A stretch of 64,000 bases of DNA from NCBI GenBank assembly GCA_964393525.1, contig CAYMTV010000002.1, positions 23,001 through 87,000 of the forward strand, read 5' to 3'. Positions 47,798-57,247 of the stretch are shown here, one piece after another (position 1 is the stretch's first letter; every line of letters begins with the position of its first letter). The notes beneath the pieces were generated by a model. That model worked only from the letters and a program-made list of their open reading frames with translations. It was not told the origin of the DNA and did no database searches. The DNA is from an uncultured Gammaproteobacteria bacterium (GTDB taxonomy: Bacteria; Patescibacteriota; Microgenomatia; Daviesbacterales; UBA10151). A program made the translations under genes and the position numbers.

Positions 47798-49579
47798 ATG
47801 ATTAAACAATTAGCAGCTATTATATTAGTCCTTTTTCTAATTTTAAACTCCTGGAGAAATATTATCACCAATATTAATACCCATCTGCCTAGCTGGTACG
47901 ATGAACTGTTTATAATCTGGATTTACCAAAACAATACCCGCCATTTCTCAGAGTTTGATTTTGCAAATATCTATGAAACAAATGCCCTTTACCCATTCAA
48001 ATATACGCTATCTTTTGCAGAACATATGTATTTTCCCTCCTTACTTGTATTGGTTATAAATTTTTTTACCAAAAGTCCCATTGCTCAATACAATATCTTA
48101 CTAGTACTAAATCACATCTTAATATTTTTATCTTCCCTCCTGTTTTTTAATAGAATCTTTAAAAACTTCTCTGCAGCTTTATTATCGGCATTCTACACCA
48201 GCTATTCGCCATACTTTTTTGTCCAGCTGGGCCATTTTCAGATGGTATTCTTTTGGCCGCTTTTTTTTAGTTTGTATTCTCTTTCCAGTTATTTCGAGAA
48301 AAGGAGAGTCGTACTACTTTTAGCCAGTGGTGTTTTTGCCGGTTTTCAATTTTTATCTTCAGTTTACTTAGGAGTAATTGGGCTGACCATTATTTCTTTA
48401 TGGTTTTTGATTGAGCTAATTACAAAACTTAAAATTTCCTCATTTATATACCTTAAAGAATATTTCCAGACCTTAAAAGAATTTTTCGTAAAATATCTGA
48501 TTTTTTTGTTAACATTTTTTTTAATTTCATTTATTTCAATATACGGATACATACTGGTCAGTAATGAGTATGATATTAAAAGAGAATACGAAGAGTTTCT
48601 AATTTACTCTGCCGATTTGCTTGATTATTTATTTCCTCCAAGAAATCAAAACTCGCTCCTTTATACCTCTGACCTTTTTACTAACTTACAAAATTATAAC
48701 CGGCATATAGAAGGTGAATTTGCCGCCTTTCCCGGAATAATAGCAATGTTTTTTGCGATATATATGATACTGCCAAAAATCAATATCAAGAAAAAAGTCT
48801 TAATTTTCCAGTTTTTATTAGATCAAAGAACCATCTTCTCTGTTGTCTTAATTATGATTGGAGTCATCTTTTCGTTGGGACCAAGACTATTTATAAATGG
48901 CGTATTTTCTGACCTAATCCTTCCGTACGCTGCGGTTTTAAAATCATTTCCCGCATTTGGAATAATAAGGGTACTAGCCAGGTGGTATTTTTTAGTAGTA
49001 CTTGGATTTTCAATATTATTTGGTTTAGGGTATATAACACTGCAGAAAAGACTCTTCAAATTTTACAATCCTGCAAAAAAATTATTTCCTATTCTAATCT
49101 TTTTATTGCTTACAGCTGAGTTTTATTCACTACAACCTTTTGGAAGCATTTATAAAGATTGGTCTGATAATTCATATGAATTTGTAAAAAGGGATATTTG
49201 TAAGAAACAAGGAAGTGTACTTTTAGAGTACCCTTTCCATTATAGAAATTTAGACGCGGATCTCATCAAAGATGTAAATTATATGGCTCAAATTCTTCTA
49301 AACTCAACTCAACATAGATGCAGAATTTTAAGTGGATATTATGGATTTGAGCCACCAAAATATATTAAAATCCGGGATGAATTTGGTAATGGTTTTGACA
49401 AAAAAGACATAAAAATTATAGATGACTTAAATATAGACTATGTTAAATTTAATAACTATGCCATTACAAAGGAAGAAAAAAACTTTATTGAAAAAAATAA
49501 CTTGCTGGCGGGTTTTAAAAAAGTTTATGAGGATAAAAATACTACGATATTAAAAGTTGGACTAAATGGAACTAATTAA
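47798..49579 (+). CDS. Large polytopic membrane protein, paralog of 42378-44153 (putative GT-C/YfhO-like)
   Basis: 593 aa with the same architecture and conserved N-terminal loop as the 42378 gene. Confidence 0.4.
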   Translation: MIKQLAAIILVLFLILNSWRNIITNINTHLPSWYDELFIIWIYQNNTRHFSEFDFANIYETNALYPFKYTLSFAEHMYFPSLLVLVINFFTKSPIAQYNILLVLNHILIFLSSLLFFNRIFKNFSAALLSAFYTSYSPYFFVQLGHFQMVFFWPLFFSLYSLSSYFEKRRVVLLLASGVFAGFQFLSSVYLGVIGLTIISLWFLIELITKLKISSFIYLKEYFQTLKEFFVKYLIFLLTFFLISFISIYGYILVSNEYDIKREYEEFLIYSADLLDYLFPPRNQNSLLYTSDLFTNLQNYNRHIEGEFAAFPGIIAMFFAIYMILPKINIKKKVLIFQFLLDQRTIFSVVLIMIGVIFSLGPRLFINGVFSDLILPYAAVLKSFPAFGIIRVLARWYFLVVLGFSILFGLGYITLQKRLFKFYNPAKKLFPILIFLLLTAEFYSLQPFGSIYKDWSDNSYEFVKRDICKKQGSVLLEYPFHYRNLDADLIKDVNYMAQILLNSTQHRCRILSGYYGFEPPKYIKIRDEFGNGFDKKDIKIIDDLNIDYVKFNNYAITKEEKNFIEKNNLLAGFKKVYEDKNTTILKVGLNGTN

Positions 49580-49584
49580 GACAG

Positions 49585-51159
49585 CTATATCGCTGAAAGT
49601 AGCCTTAAAAAATTATTTTTGAATGCCTCAAGCGAATAACTCTCATCAATCTTTTTAAAAATATTTTCCCAGTCAAGTTTCTGATTCTCACTGTTTTGGA
49701 AATAAATTGTATTGCTTACTAACTCCTCAATTTTTTTGAAAAGATTTTTTTCTTTACTCAGCCCAACTTTACTGATAAGCTCAGGCAAACCTCCTCCATT
49801 AAATAAGACTGGGATACACTTAGCGCTTAATGCTTCAATTGGGGCAATCCCAAAGTGCTCAAACCTAACCGGATGCAAACCTTCATCTTCCCCAAAACCT
49901 GTAGCATGCCAATAGATTTTTGACTTTAAATAAATTTCTTCAACTTCTTGCCTTGAGGCATTAAGGTGAAAAAAGACCGGATATCCTTTTGATTTTTCTT
50001 TAAGGTACCTGAAGAATTCGATACTCGTCGGCTCATCGCCTAGCCCTCCCACTAGATGCAGCTCCCAATTTTGCGTGTTTTTGTTACAAAGTTTTTTAAA
50101 TGCTTCAATTAAAATCTCCTGTTTTTTGCCATGACCCAGCGTAAAAAATCTCCCAACCGAACAAATCCAGTTATTTTTCTTAAACTTACCTACCGGATAT
50201 TTTTTAAAAAGCAGATCAACAGGGGGGGCTATCACCTTGGGATCCTTATTCCAATATTTTCTAATCCATCTCAAGGCAAAGTAGGAATAGGTAATAATTG
50301 CTTGATAAGTATTTACCCTTTCAGCAAGATTAACAAAAAGACCAGCTCGGAATCTAGTAATAATTCTTTGTCTAAAATCAGTATACAAAAACTTAGGCAG
50401 TCCGGTTAAGTAAATTTTGGGATAAAAAAGATAGACTTTCTCATCTTCGATATTATGATATCCCTGTAGGTTTTGAAAATCTAAGTTTAGATAAGCAGTC
50501 AAAGATTTTGGCATAAATTTAACTGTAAATTCAAGTGAATTAGTTCCATGGTTTACCAGGACAATTTTATCTATAAGTTGAGCATTATCAAAAGATATTT
50601 TTATATTTTCCAAAAAGCTTTTATAAAAGTTTGTCAAATGAATCTTAAAGGAGGCTTCCTGGATTTTGTTCGGGCTTAAATTTGACAGGGCAAACTTATT
50701 TTTATCTCCCAGCAGGAAAACTGGCTTTGAAGTAATTACAGCAGGTGCTTCAATCTGGCTTAAGAATTCTACAGGTTTAATTAGGCGGGAAAGGATCGGT
50801 AGGAGGAATTTGGTAAATATAAGACCCTTAAGGTTATTATAAAGAGTTGTTGGGAAGTTAACATAGTAAATATTTTTTTTGGCAAAACCGATTGAATAAT
50901 CAAGGAATGAAATATTAATAAATAAGTCTGCATCTTTAACCAATTTCTTCAAAGCAATCTCGTCATTCCAAACTTGCTTGAATTCAATATCTTTGATGTC
51001 AACCCTCAGTTTTTCATAAATAACCTCTTTTGGTACTTCCTTTCCGGAAATAAAAAGAACTTCGTAGCCTTTATCTTTTAAAATCCTGGCTAAATTACAA
51101 GCAACAACCTCTCCGCCTCCTAATGAATGTAACCATTTATCGTAGATTACTGCTTTCAT
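49585..51159 (-). CDS. GT4-family glycosyltransferase with an extended (524 aa) architecture
   Basis: EHFGIAPIEALSAKCIPVLFNGGGLPELI; large inserted/N-terminal region. Confidence 0.75.
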   Translation of the reverse strand: MKAVIYDKWLHSLGGGEVVACNLARILKDKGYEVLFISGKEVPKEVIYEKLRVDIKDIEFKQVWNDEIALKKLVKDADLFINISFLDYSIGFAKKNIYYVNFPTTLYNNLKGLIFTKFLLPILSRLIKPVEFLSQIEAPAVITSKPVFLLGDKNKFALSNLSPNKIQEASFKIHLTNFYKSFLENIKISFDNAQLIDKIVLVNHGTNSLEFTVKFMPKSLTAYLNLDFQNLQGYHNIEDEKVYLFYPKIYLTGLPKFLYTDFRQRIITRFRAGLFVNLAERVNTYQAIITYSYFALRWIRKYWNKDPKVIAPPVDLLFKKYPVGKFKKNNWICSVGRFFTLGHGKKQEILIEAFKKLCNKNTQNWELHLVGGLGDEPTSIEFFRYLKEKSKGYPVFFHLNASRQEVEEIYLKSKIYWHATGFGEDEGLHPVRFEHFGIAPIEALSAKCIPVLFNGGGLPELISKVGLSKEKNLFKKIEELVSNTIYFQNSENQKLDWENIFKKIDESYSLEAFKNNFLRLLSAI

Positions 51160-52577
51160 AGAAGATACCAGTCTCCTTTTAGCAGTCTTAAATAGTTTTC
51201 TTTGACAGCTTCTTTATTTCTTGTCCGGCTTCGTCTAATTTTTTCTGCCAGAAGAAACGGTGAATAAACAATAAAGAATACCAATGCTTTAACCATCTGA
51301 ATCCGCCTGAGAAAGTTGGTCTCCCCGCTTTCATTTTTTTTAGATTTTATCCTATAAATAAGGGTTCTGAACCTGAACAAAATCAGAAATAGAGTTAAAA
51401 TGCTGTCTAAACACAGGGAAAAATAGGCTGAGAGAAAAATTTTAAAAGGGAAATTATAATACAAATGAAGCAACCTGCCTTTCTCAACATGGTAGATAAA
51501 AAAAGGAGACCACTCTTTACTAAACAGCGCATGGTGGTGCCTGACTATTGCTTTAGGAGTGTAAACTGATTTAAAGCCGGCAAACCTCGCTCTTTCTGAA
51601 ATTTCAACATCCTCATAGTACATAAAAAAAGATTCGTCCAAATACCCAATTTTATCAAGGATTTTTTTTCTATAAAGCACCGCAGCCCCGCATGCTGCAT
51701 AAACCTCCTTTTCTTTGTCGTATTGATTTAAATCATACTCATGAAACTGTCTATTGCCGCTGACAATTGCACCAATATCCCTTCCGTAGCCATCTTGAAA
51801 AACCATAATTCCTGCATTCTGGATTTTACTTAGTGATTTCTCTGAAATCCTGCGGTTTTTGACTTTAGCGGTTAATTTATACTCAACATCGTCACCGTTT
51901 CTCACAACCTTTGATACTTTTAACCCCCCATTATTAAAGGTAATGATTTTACTTAAATCAATCTGGTCTTTAAGCTTAATTTCCTTTGAATTGAATGATA
52001 TGTTAAACTCAACTACATCATCTAGAAAGGGCTCAAAAGGCAGTTCAATTTCAAAAGAGTTGTCTTTTTTCGAGATAGGTAAATAATATAACCTTGAGTC
52101 AGTACTTTCATACAATTTTGATTTTGACAACCAGGCAAATACAGGTATGAGTTTTGGATTTATCTGGAACCTAACATTAATAAACTTTGGATAAAGGAAT
52201 ATTTTTGAATTAACTGCAAAAATTTTTTCATCGAGAGTTGCTGTTTTTACCAATTGTTTTAGCCAATTTTTCTCAACAACACAATCATTATTTAAGAGTG
52301 CAACATATTCTCCTTTGGCGCTTTTTATGCCAATATTGTTCCCTTTTGAAAAACCTAAGTTTTTGTCTAGATTTATCAGCTTAATATTTTTATGATCCTT
52401 GGCCATTTTAGATAAGATTTCTCGGCTTTTATCTTTCGAATTATTATCAACAACTATAATTTCCAACTTTTCTTTTGGATAATTTAGTTTTAAAAGTGAG
52501 CCAACTACCCCATCAATAACCTTTTCACCAAAGTAATTCAAAACTATTACCGAACAAAAAGGAGTTGATTGTTTCAT
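51156..52577 (-). CDS. GT2-family glycosyltransferase (473 aa, with an extra inserted domain and a C-terminal amphipathic/TM tail)
   Basis: CSVIVLNYFGEKV...VVDNNSKDKS; YYEDVEISER. Confidence 0.75.
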   Translation of the reverse strand: MKQSTPFCSVIVLNYFGEKVIDGVVGSLLKLNYPKEKLEIIVVDNNSKDKSREILSKMAKDHKNIKLINLDKNLGFSKGNNIGIKSAKGEYVALLNNDCVVEKNWLKQLVKTATLDEKIFAVNSKIFLYPKFINVRFQINPKLIPVFAWLSKSKLYESTDSRLYYLPISKKDNSFEIELPFEPFLDDVVEFNISFNSKEIKLKDQIDLSKIITFNNGGLKVSKVVRNGDDVEYKLTAKVKNRRISEKSLSKIQNAGIMVFQDGYGRDIGAIVSGNRQFHEYDLNQYDKEKEVYAACGAAVLYRKKILDKIGYLDESFFMYYEDVEISERARFAGFKSVYTPKAIVRHHHALFSKEWSPFFIYHVEKGRLLHLYYNFPFKIFLSAYFSLCLDSILTLFLILFRFRTLIYRIKSKKNESGETNFLRRIQMVKALVFFIVYSPFLLAEKIRRSRTRNKEAVKENYLRLLKGDWYLL

Positions 52578-52670
52578 CTTTTAATTAGTTTCCAATCTGA
52601 GTATAACTTTTGGCTTGTTACAAATTCAACTGGATTCTTGTTGAATATTAGAAAATGACATATCATTGTT

Positions 52671-53456
52671 TTGATGTTGAGACTTTTTTCAACTCCCTTT
52701 ATATCTTTTCGGTACTTACTCTCCCAGCTTACCTTAAGAGAAATTAAAGCTCGCTACAAACAGTCCATTCTGGGATACGCCTGGGTTTTGTTAAATCCGC
52801 TCATACAGCTTTTAGTATATTCTTTTGTATTTTCTATAGTTTTTAAATTCCCGATGGAGAACACCCCATACTCAATCTTTTTATTCATAGGACTTTTGCC
52901 TTGGATATACTTACATACATCACTTTCACAAGCTGCACTGGTTTTAGTTGATAACTCAGATCTTTTGAAAAAAGTCTATTTTCCAAGAGAAATACTGCCT
53001 TACTCTGTGATACTTGCTAAAAGTATTGATCTATTTTTTGCATCAATGCTTTTGATTGCATTTATGTTTTTTTATAAGCTCCCATTTTATCCCAGCATGT
53101 TTATGATAGTTCCAGTTTTTTTAATCCAGGTTATTTTGATGGGTGGTCTAGCACTTTTTTTGTCCGCAGCTAATTTATTCTACAGAGACATCCAGTATTT
53201 AACTAATCTTATACTTTTGATGTGGATGTATTTAACGCCTGTGGTTTACCCATTATCTTTAGTGCCAAAGGATTTCCTTTGGGTTTATAGTCTAAACCCA
53301 ATGGTTGGGATTATCGAGGGTTATAGAGCCGCAATTTTTAATCGACCCCCGGATTATCCTACTATTGTCTGGTCAGTTTTAATATCTTTGATTATATTTA
53401 TCTTTGGTTTTTGGGGATTTAAAAAAAGTGAAAAAGTTTTTGCAGATATTGTCTAA
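52671..53456 (+). CDS. wzm: ABC-2 type polysaccharide export permease (Wzm/TagG-like)
   Basis: LTLREIKARYKQSILGYAWVLLNPLIQLLVYSFVF is the canonical Wzm N-terminus; 6 TM helices. Confidence 0.85.
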   Translation: MMLRLFSTPFISFRYLLSQLTLREIKARYKQSILGYAWVLLNPLIQLLVYSFVFSIVFKFPMENTPYSIFLFIGLLPWIYLHTSLSQAALVLVDNSDLLKKVYFPREILPYSVILAKSIDLFFASMLLIAFMFFYKLPFYPSMFMIVPVFLIQVILMGGLALFLSAANLFYRDIQYLTNLILLMWMYLTPVVYPLSLVPKDFLWVYSLNPMVGIIEGYRAAIFNRPPDYPTIVWSVLISLIIFIFGFWGFKKSEKVFADIV

Positions 53457-53459
53457 ATT

Positions 53460-54194
53460 ATGGATGAAATAGTCATTAAATTAAAAGACATTGTAAAAGA
53501 GTTCTATCTGCAAGATGATAGAACTTTTAAAGAATTCCTGCCTAATCTTCTTTTAGGCAAACCCTGGGCTAGGAAACTTACAGCTTTAGACAATATTTCT
53601 TTTGAGATTGCTCAAGGAGAAACCGTTGGGATTATTGGTAAAAACGGCGCAGGAAAATCTACTTTACTCAAGCTCATTGCAGGTGTGACTACCCCGACAA
53701 AAGGAAGCATTAAAGTAGCTTATAAAGTAGCTCCCTTGATTGAGGTGGGAGCGGGTTTCCACCATGAGCTGACGGGTTTTGAGAATATTTTCTTAAATGC
53801 TGCAATTTTAGGGATGAGTAAGAAAGAAATTGAAGCGATTGTAGGTAAAATAATCGAGTTTAGTGAACTTTCAGATTTTATTCATACTCCTGTTAAAAGA
53901 TATTCAACCGGTATGTACATGCGTTTAGGTTTTGCGGTTGCAATACACGTTAATGCACCAATTTTACTTATTGATGAAGTTTTGGCAGTAGGTGATGCAA
54001 TTTTTCAAAAAAAATGTATAAATGTTTTAAAAAAAATAAAACAGGATAAAGACAAAACAATTGTTTTTGTCAGCCACAATGAAGGGGCTGTAAAAAGTTT
54101 TTGTGAGCGGGTAATACTTTTAGATCATGGAGAGATAGTCAAAGACGGAAATCCGGAAGAAACTTTTAAAAAATACCACGAAATTTCAAGATGA
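53460..54194 (+). CDS. wzt: ABC transporter ATP-binding protein (Wzt/TagH-like). It has no C-terminal carbohydrate-binding domain.
   Basis: Walker A GKNGAGKST; Walker B ILLIDEVLAVGD; ABC signature region YSTGMYMRL; H-loop SHN. Confidence 0.88.
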   Translation: MDEIVIKLKDIVKEFYLQDDRTFKEFLPNLLLGKPWARKLTALDNISFEIAQGETVGIIGKNGAGKSTLLKLIAGVTTPTKGSIKVAYKVAPLIEVGAGFHHELTGFENIFLNAAILGMSKKEIEAIVGKIIEFSELSDFIHTPVKRYSTGMYMRLGFAVAIHVNAPILLIDEVLAVGDAIFQKKCINVLKKIKQDKDKTIVFVSHNEGAVKSFCERVILLDHGEIVKDGNPEETFKKYHEISR

Positions 54195-54195
54195 A

Positions 54196-55065
54196 ATGGA
54201 AACTCAAATTATTAAACTTTACGTTTTGGCAGGTTTGAAAAAAATTTTAAGACCAATTGGTTCGGTACCCTTAGCTAGAAATCTTTATCCTATCTTAAGC
54301 GAATTCCTTAAAAACCACGGGGAAGTAATTGTTAATATTAAAGATCTTTGGAATTTTAAGATGTATTTAAATGTAACTGATGTAGGGCTAAGCCATATGT
54401 TACTCCTAAACGGGGAATATGAGAAACATGAAACCATACTACTTAAAAACTTAATTAAAAAGGGAGATGTTTTCTTAGATGTTGGAGCTAATTTTGGTTA
54501 TTATACCCTGCTGGCCTCAAAGTTGGTAGGTAAAACAGGAAAAGTTTTTTCTTTTGAACCGGACCCTTATAATTTTTCCATCCTGCAAAGAAATATTAAA
54601 ATAAACAACTGCGCTAATGTTTTATGCGTTAATAAAGCTGTTGGAGAAAGAGATGAAAAAATTTATTTCTACATAGATGCCGATAATCTTGGTCGGCACA
54701 ATATTATCTCAAATTGGAGTAACCATAAATTAAGTGTTGATAAAATCAGTTTAGATAATTTCTTTCAAAAAGGCATTAGGGTGGATCTTGTAAAAATTGA
54801 TATTGAAGGAGTGGAGGAACTTGCGATTTCAGGAATGAAAAAAATTATCCAGACTAACAAGCAAATCAAACTATTAATTGAATTTTTCCCGGAAAGGATA
54901 AGGCAAAATAAATTAAACCCAAATAATTTAAACAAACTTATTAACTCGTTTGGCTTCTCTATTTATGAAGTCAGACAATCAGGAATAACAAAAACTTCCT
55001 TTAATGAAGTTCTCAAAAGGACACGGGGAAAAGGCGAATTAATGAATATATTGCTGAAGATGTAA
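54196..55065 (+). CDS. FkbM-family SAM-dependent methyltransferase (candidate glycan chain-terminating modifier)
   Basis: DVGANFGYYTLLAS...FSFEPDPYNF is typical of the Methyltransf_21/FkbM family. Immediately downstream of wzm-wzt. Confidence 0.8.
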   Translation: METQIIKLYVLAGLKKILRPIGSVPLARNLYPILSEFLKNHGEVIVNIKDLWNFKMYLNVTDVGLSHMLLLNGEYEKHETILLKNLIKKGDVFLDVGANFGYYTLLASKLVGKTGKVFSFEPDPYNFSILQRNIKINNCANVLCVNKAVGERDEKIYFYIDADNLGRHNIISNWSNHKLSVDKISLDNFFQKGIRVDLVKIDIEGVEELAISGMKKIIQTNKQIKLLIEFFPERIRQNKLNPNNLNKLINSFGFSIYEVRQSGITKTSFNEVLKRTRGKGELMNILLKM

Positions 55066-55066
55066 T

Positions 55067-57247
55067 TTAGTCATCTTTTAGAAAACGGTAAGTTTTAAAA
55101 CCCGAGTATATTAAACACAAAATTAAACTGGCAAGCAGTATTAAAAGTGGTAGTTTTGGTATATCCCAATAGATTAGGTATTTAAACCACCAAAAATCAG
55201 GGGTTCTTTCATAAACTTGAGTATGCATCTCCCAAAATCTCCAGGGATCAGTAATGCTTTCTCCGTATGTATTATATTTAACACCCATCATAGCAGGACC
55301 CAAGGAAGAGACATAAGGGAAATCAAAAGTTTCTTTATTGACATCATTACCGTCAATAGCAAAAGAGATTAAACTAAAAATTTGAGGGACATATTTTTTT
55401 GGTTGGGTATTTTTATTTTCGTATTTCGAAGGGTCATCTCTGTATTGGTTTAACTCACTGGACTGGCTCATTGGGGATATAGTTTCAAAACTTACTGTCA
55501 GCCAATTATCTTTATTTTTAAGCAGGTTCCCGGGAATATTTAGATCAATCAGTTTCCTTTCTGCAGGCAGAAACTTTTCACTTTCAAGTATAACATTATC
55601 ATTTAATGATACTTTGATTATTGCTGAATTTGAGGCTTCCTCAATTGGATGGTTAATTAGACCCAGTGAAATTTTTTTGACAGGAAACCTAGTACGGTCA
55701 TCAAATAAGATGTCTCCTTTTCTCTCAATTACCCTCCATCTTTCATTCCCCACCAGGAATGGGAAATCTATCCCGTCATGGAAACGGACATTATAAAGCC
55801 CATGGTCAATAATTTGAGGAAGCGCTTGAAAAAGTTTAACTAGTTCTCTTGAGAGCATAATAACCGGCGAATATCTGGGAATGAAATTGCTATAAGTAAA
55901 ATTTGTAAATTCAGTCGAGTTTACATAGAACTTTTCCTGAAGATCATGGTATTTAATTTGATATGGCATTAAAATACCTAACATATTAATATAAAAGCCT
56001 ATTAATAATAGCGGGAAAAAGATGAATAACTTCTGGGGTTTAGACAGCTTAACAAAAATCCAACTAACTATTAAAATCCCAAAAGGTATTAAAGGGCTAA
56101 GGTACCTTGGCCCCCAACTGGATTCCCCATGCCAAATCGCGGCCACCCCCCTTTGAGCATCAAAGGTACGTTGGGATGCAAAAAATATAATGGTTATTAT
56201 TGAAAGAATTAGAAATACCAAAGTTTCCGGATAAATTACTTTTTTTATTCTATGCCAGAAAAAGATAGTTACTAAAAGGATTGGTGAGTATAGAAAAATA
56301 CTCCTTCCAGGGGAAAATAATTGACCATATATCCCTTCAAAAAAAACTGGTTTTGGTATATCTAAAAAAGGCGCTACTCCTCTGCCTGCTATGTTTAATG
56401 GATTTGCTAAGTTTTGGGTTGTACCTGAGCGAAGATTTTCAAACCAGAGATAAATGATAAGAAGTGGTAAAGTTCCCAGGAAAAAGATTAGCAAATTGCT
56501 TAGCAAAAATTTTATCTTTAAACTGCCTATGAATTTTTTAGGTGATGTGAAGATAAGGCGAAGTTTCGACAAAATCAGGATATAAATACCAAGTGGTATA
56601 ACTGCAAGTAAAAATGTCTGGTTATAAGTAATACTTACCATCCCAAAAGAGGCCCCGGCAAATATTAAAAACAACTTTTTTTTAGTTTGAAAATATTTTT
56701 TTATAAGGAAAAATGCTAACACTAAAAAAGCTGTAAACATCATATGAGGGAAGGAATATTTAGCGTATGGAAGTAGATTGGTTGTAAACAACCCTGCAAA
56801 ACTTATTAATAATGCCTGTTTTTTGGATAATCCCAATTCTAAAAGATACAAAAATATGGTTACTCCTAAAACAGCAGCAAAAAATCCATTAGTAAATGAT
56901 GCTGTTAAAAGTATTAACCAGTCATTTTCTAAGGGAAAATGCACCGGAGGGGATATGTTATAGATCTTATAGACCATATCGGTTATAGCAACAGCCGGTA
57001 AATACGCTAAGGAATATCCTAAACCTGTAGGGCTGTAGGTTTTGCCGTCTCCAGCTACATAAGTACTCATATGGATGTTCTCCCGTATGTTGTAGCCATA
57101 CTCGGGTGCTGTGGGTTCCCCTTTGTAATAAATATTTCTGGCAACAGCTAAATACTGAAAACCATCCTGGGAGTCAATCACCCCGGAGGATAAAATTAAA
57201 AAAGTTGCCAGTAAACTAAAGAAATAGTAAGTGATGAATTTTTTCAT
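55067..57247 (-). CDS. GT-C fold membrane glycosyltransferase-like protein (726 aa), tandem paralog 1
   Basis: First loop SGVIDSQDGFQYLAVARNIYYKGEP (acidic GT-C loop); ~12 TM helices; ~300 aa extracytoplasmic C-terminal domain plus a terminal TM. Confidence 0.5.
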   Translation of the reverse strand: MKKFITYYFFSLLATFLILSSGVIDSQDGFQYLAVARNIYYKGEPTAPEYGYNIRENIHMSTYVAGDGKTYSPTGLGYSLAYLPAVAITDMVYKIYNISPPVHFPLENDWLILLTASFTNGFFAAVLGVTIFLYLLELGLSKKQALLISFAGLFTTNLLPYAKYSFPHMMFTAFLVLAFFLIKKYFQTKKKLFLIFAGASFGMVSITYNQTFLLAVIPLGIYILILSKLRLIFTSPKKFIGSLKIKFLLSNLLIFFLGTLPLLIIYLWFENLRSGTTQNLANPLNIAGRGVAPFLDIPKPVFFEGIYGQLFSPGRSIFLYSPILLVTIFFWHRIKKVIYPETLVFLILSIITIIFFASQRTFDAQRGVAAIWHGESSWGPRYLSPLIPFGILIVSWIFVKLSKPQKLFIFFPLLLIGFYINMLGILMPYQIKYHDLQEKFYVNSTEFTNFTYSNFIPRYSPVIMLSRELVKLFQALPQIIDHGLYNVRFHDGIDFPFLVGNERWRVIERKGDILFDDRTRFPVKKISLGLINHPIEEASNSAIIKVSLNDNVILESEKFLPAERKLIDLNIPGNLLKNKDNWLTVSFETISPMSQSSELNQYRDDPSKYENKNTQPKKYVPQIFSLISFAIDGNDVNKETFDFPYVSSLGPAMMGVKYNTYGESITDPWRFWEMHTQVYERTPDFWWFKYLIYWDIPKLPLLILLASLILCLIYSGFKTYRFLKDD
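56612..56976. repeat. 365-bp near-identical segment (1 mismatch), copy 1. Its partner lies at 58732-59096, offset 2120 bp.
   Basis: I compared the two stretches directly. They are identical except g/a at 56923 vs 59043. They encode the identical ~121 aa segment (KIYNISPPVHFPLENDW...ITYNQTF) of the two GT-C paralogs. Confidence 0.9.
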
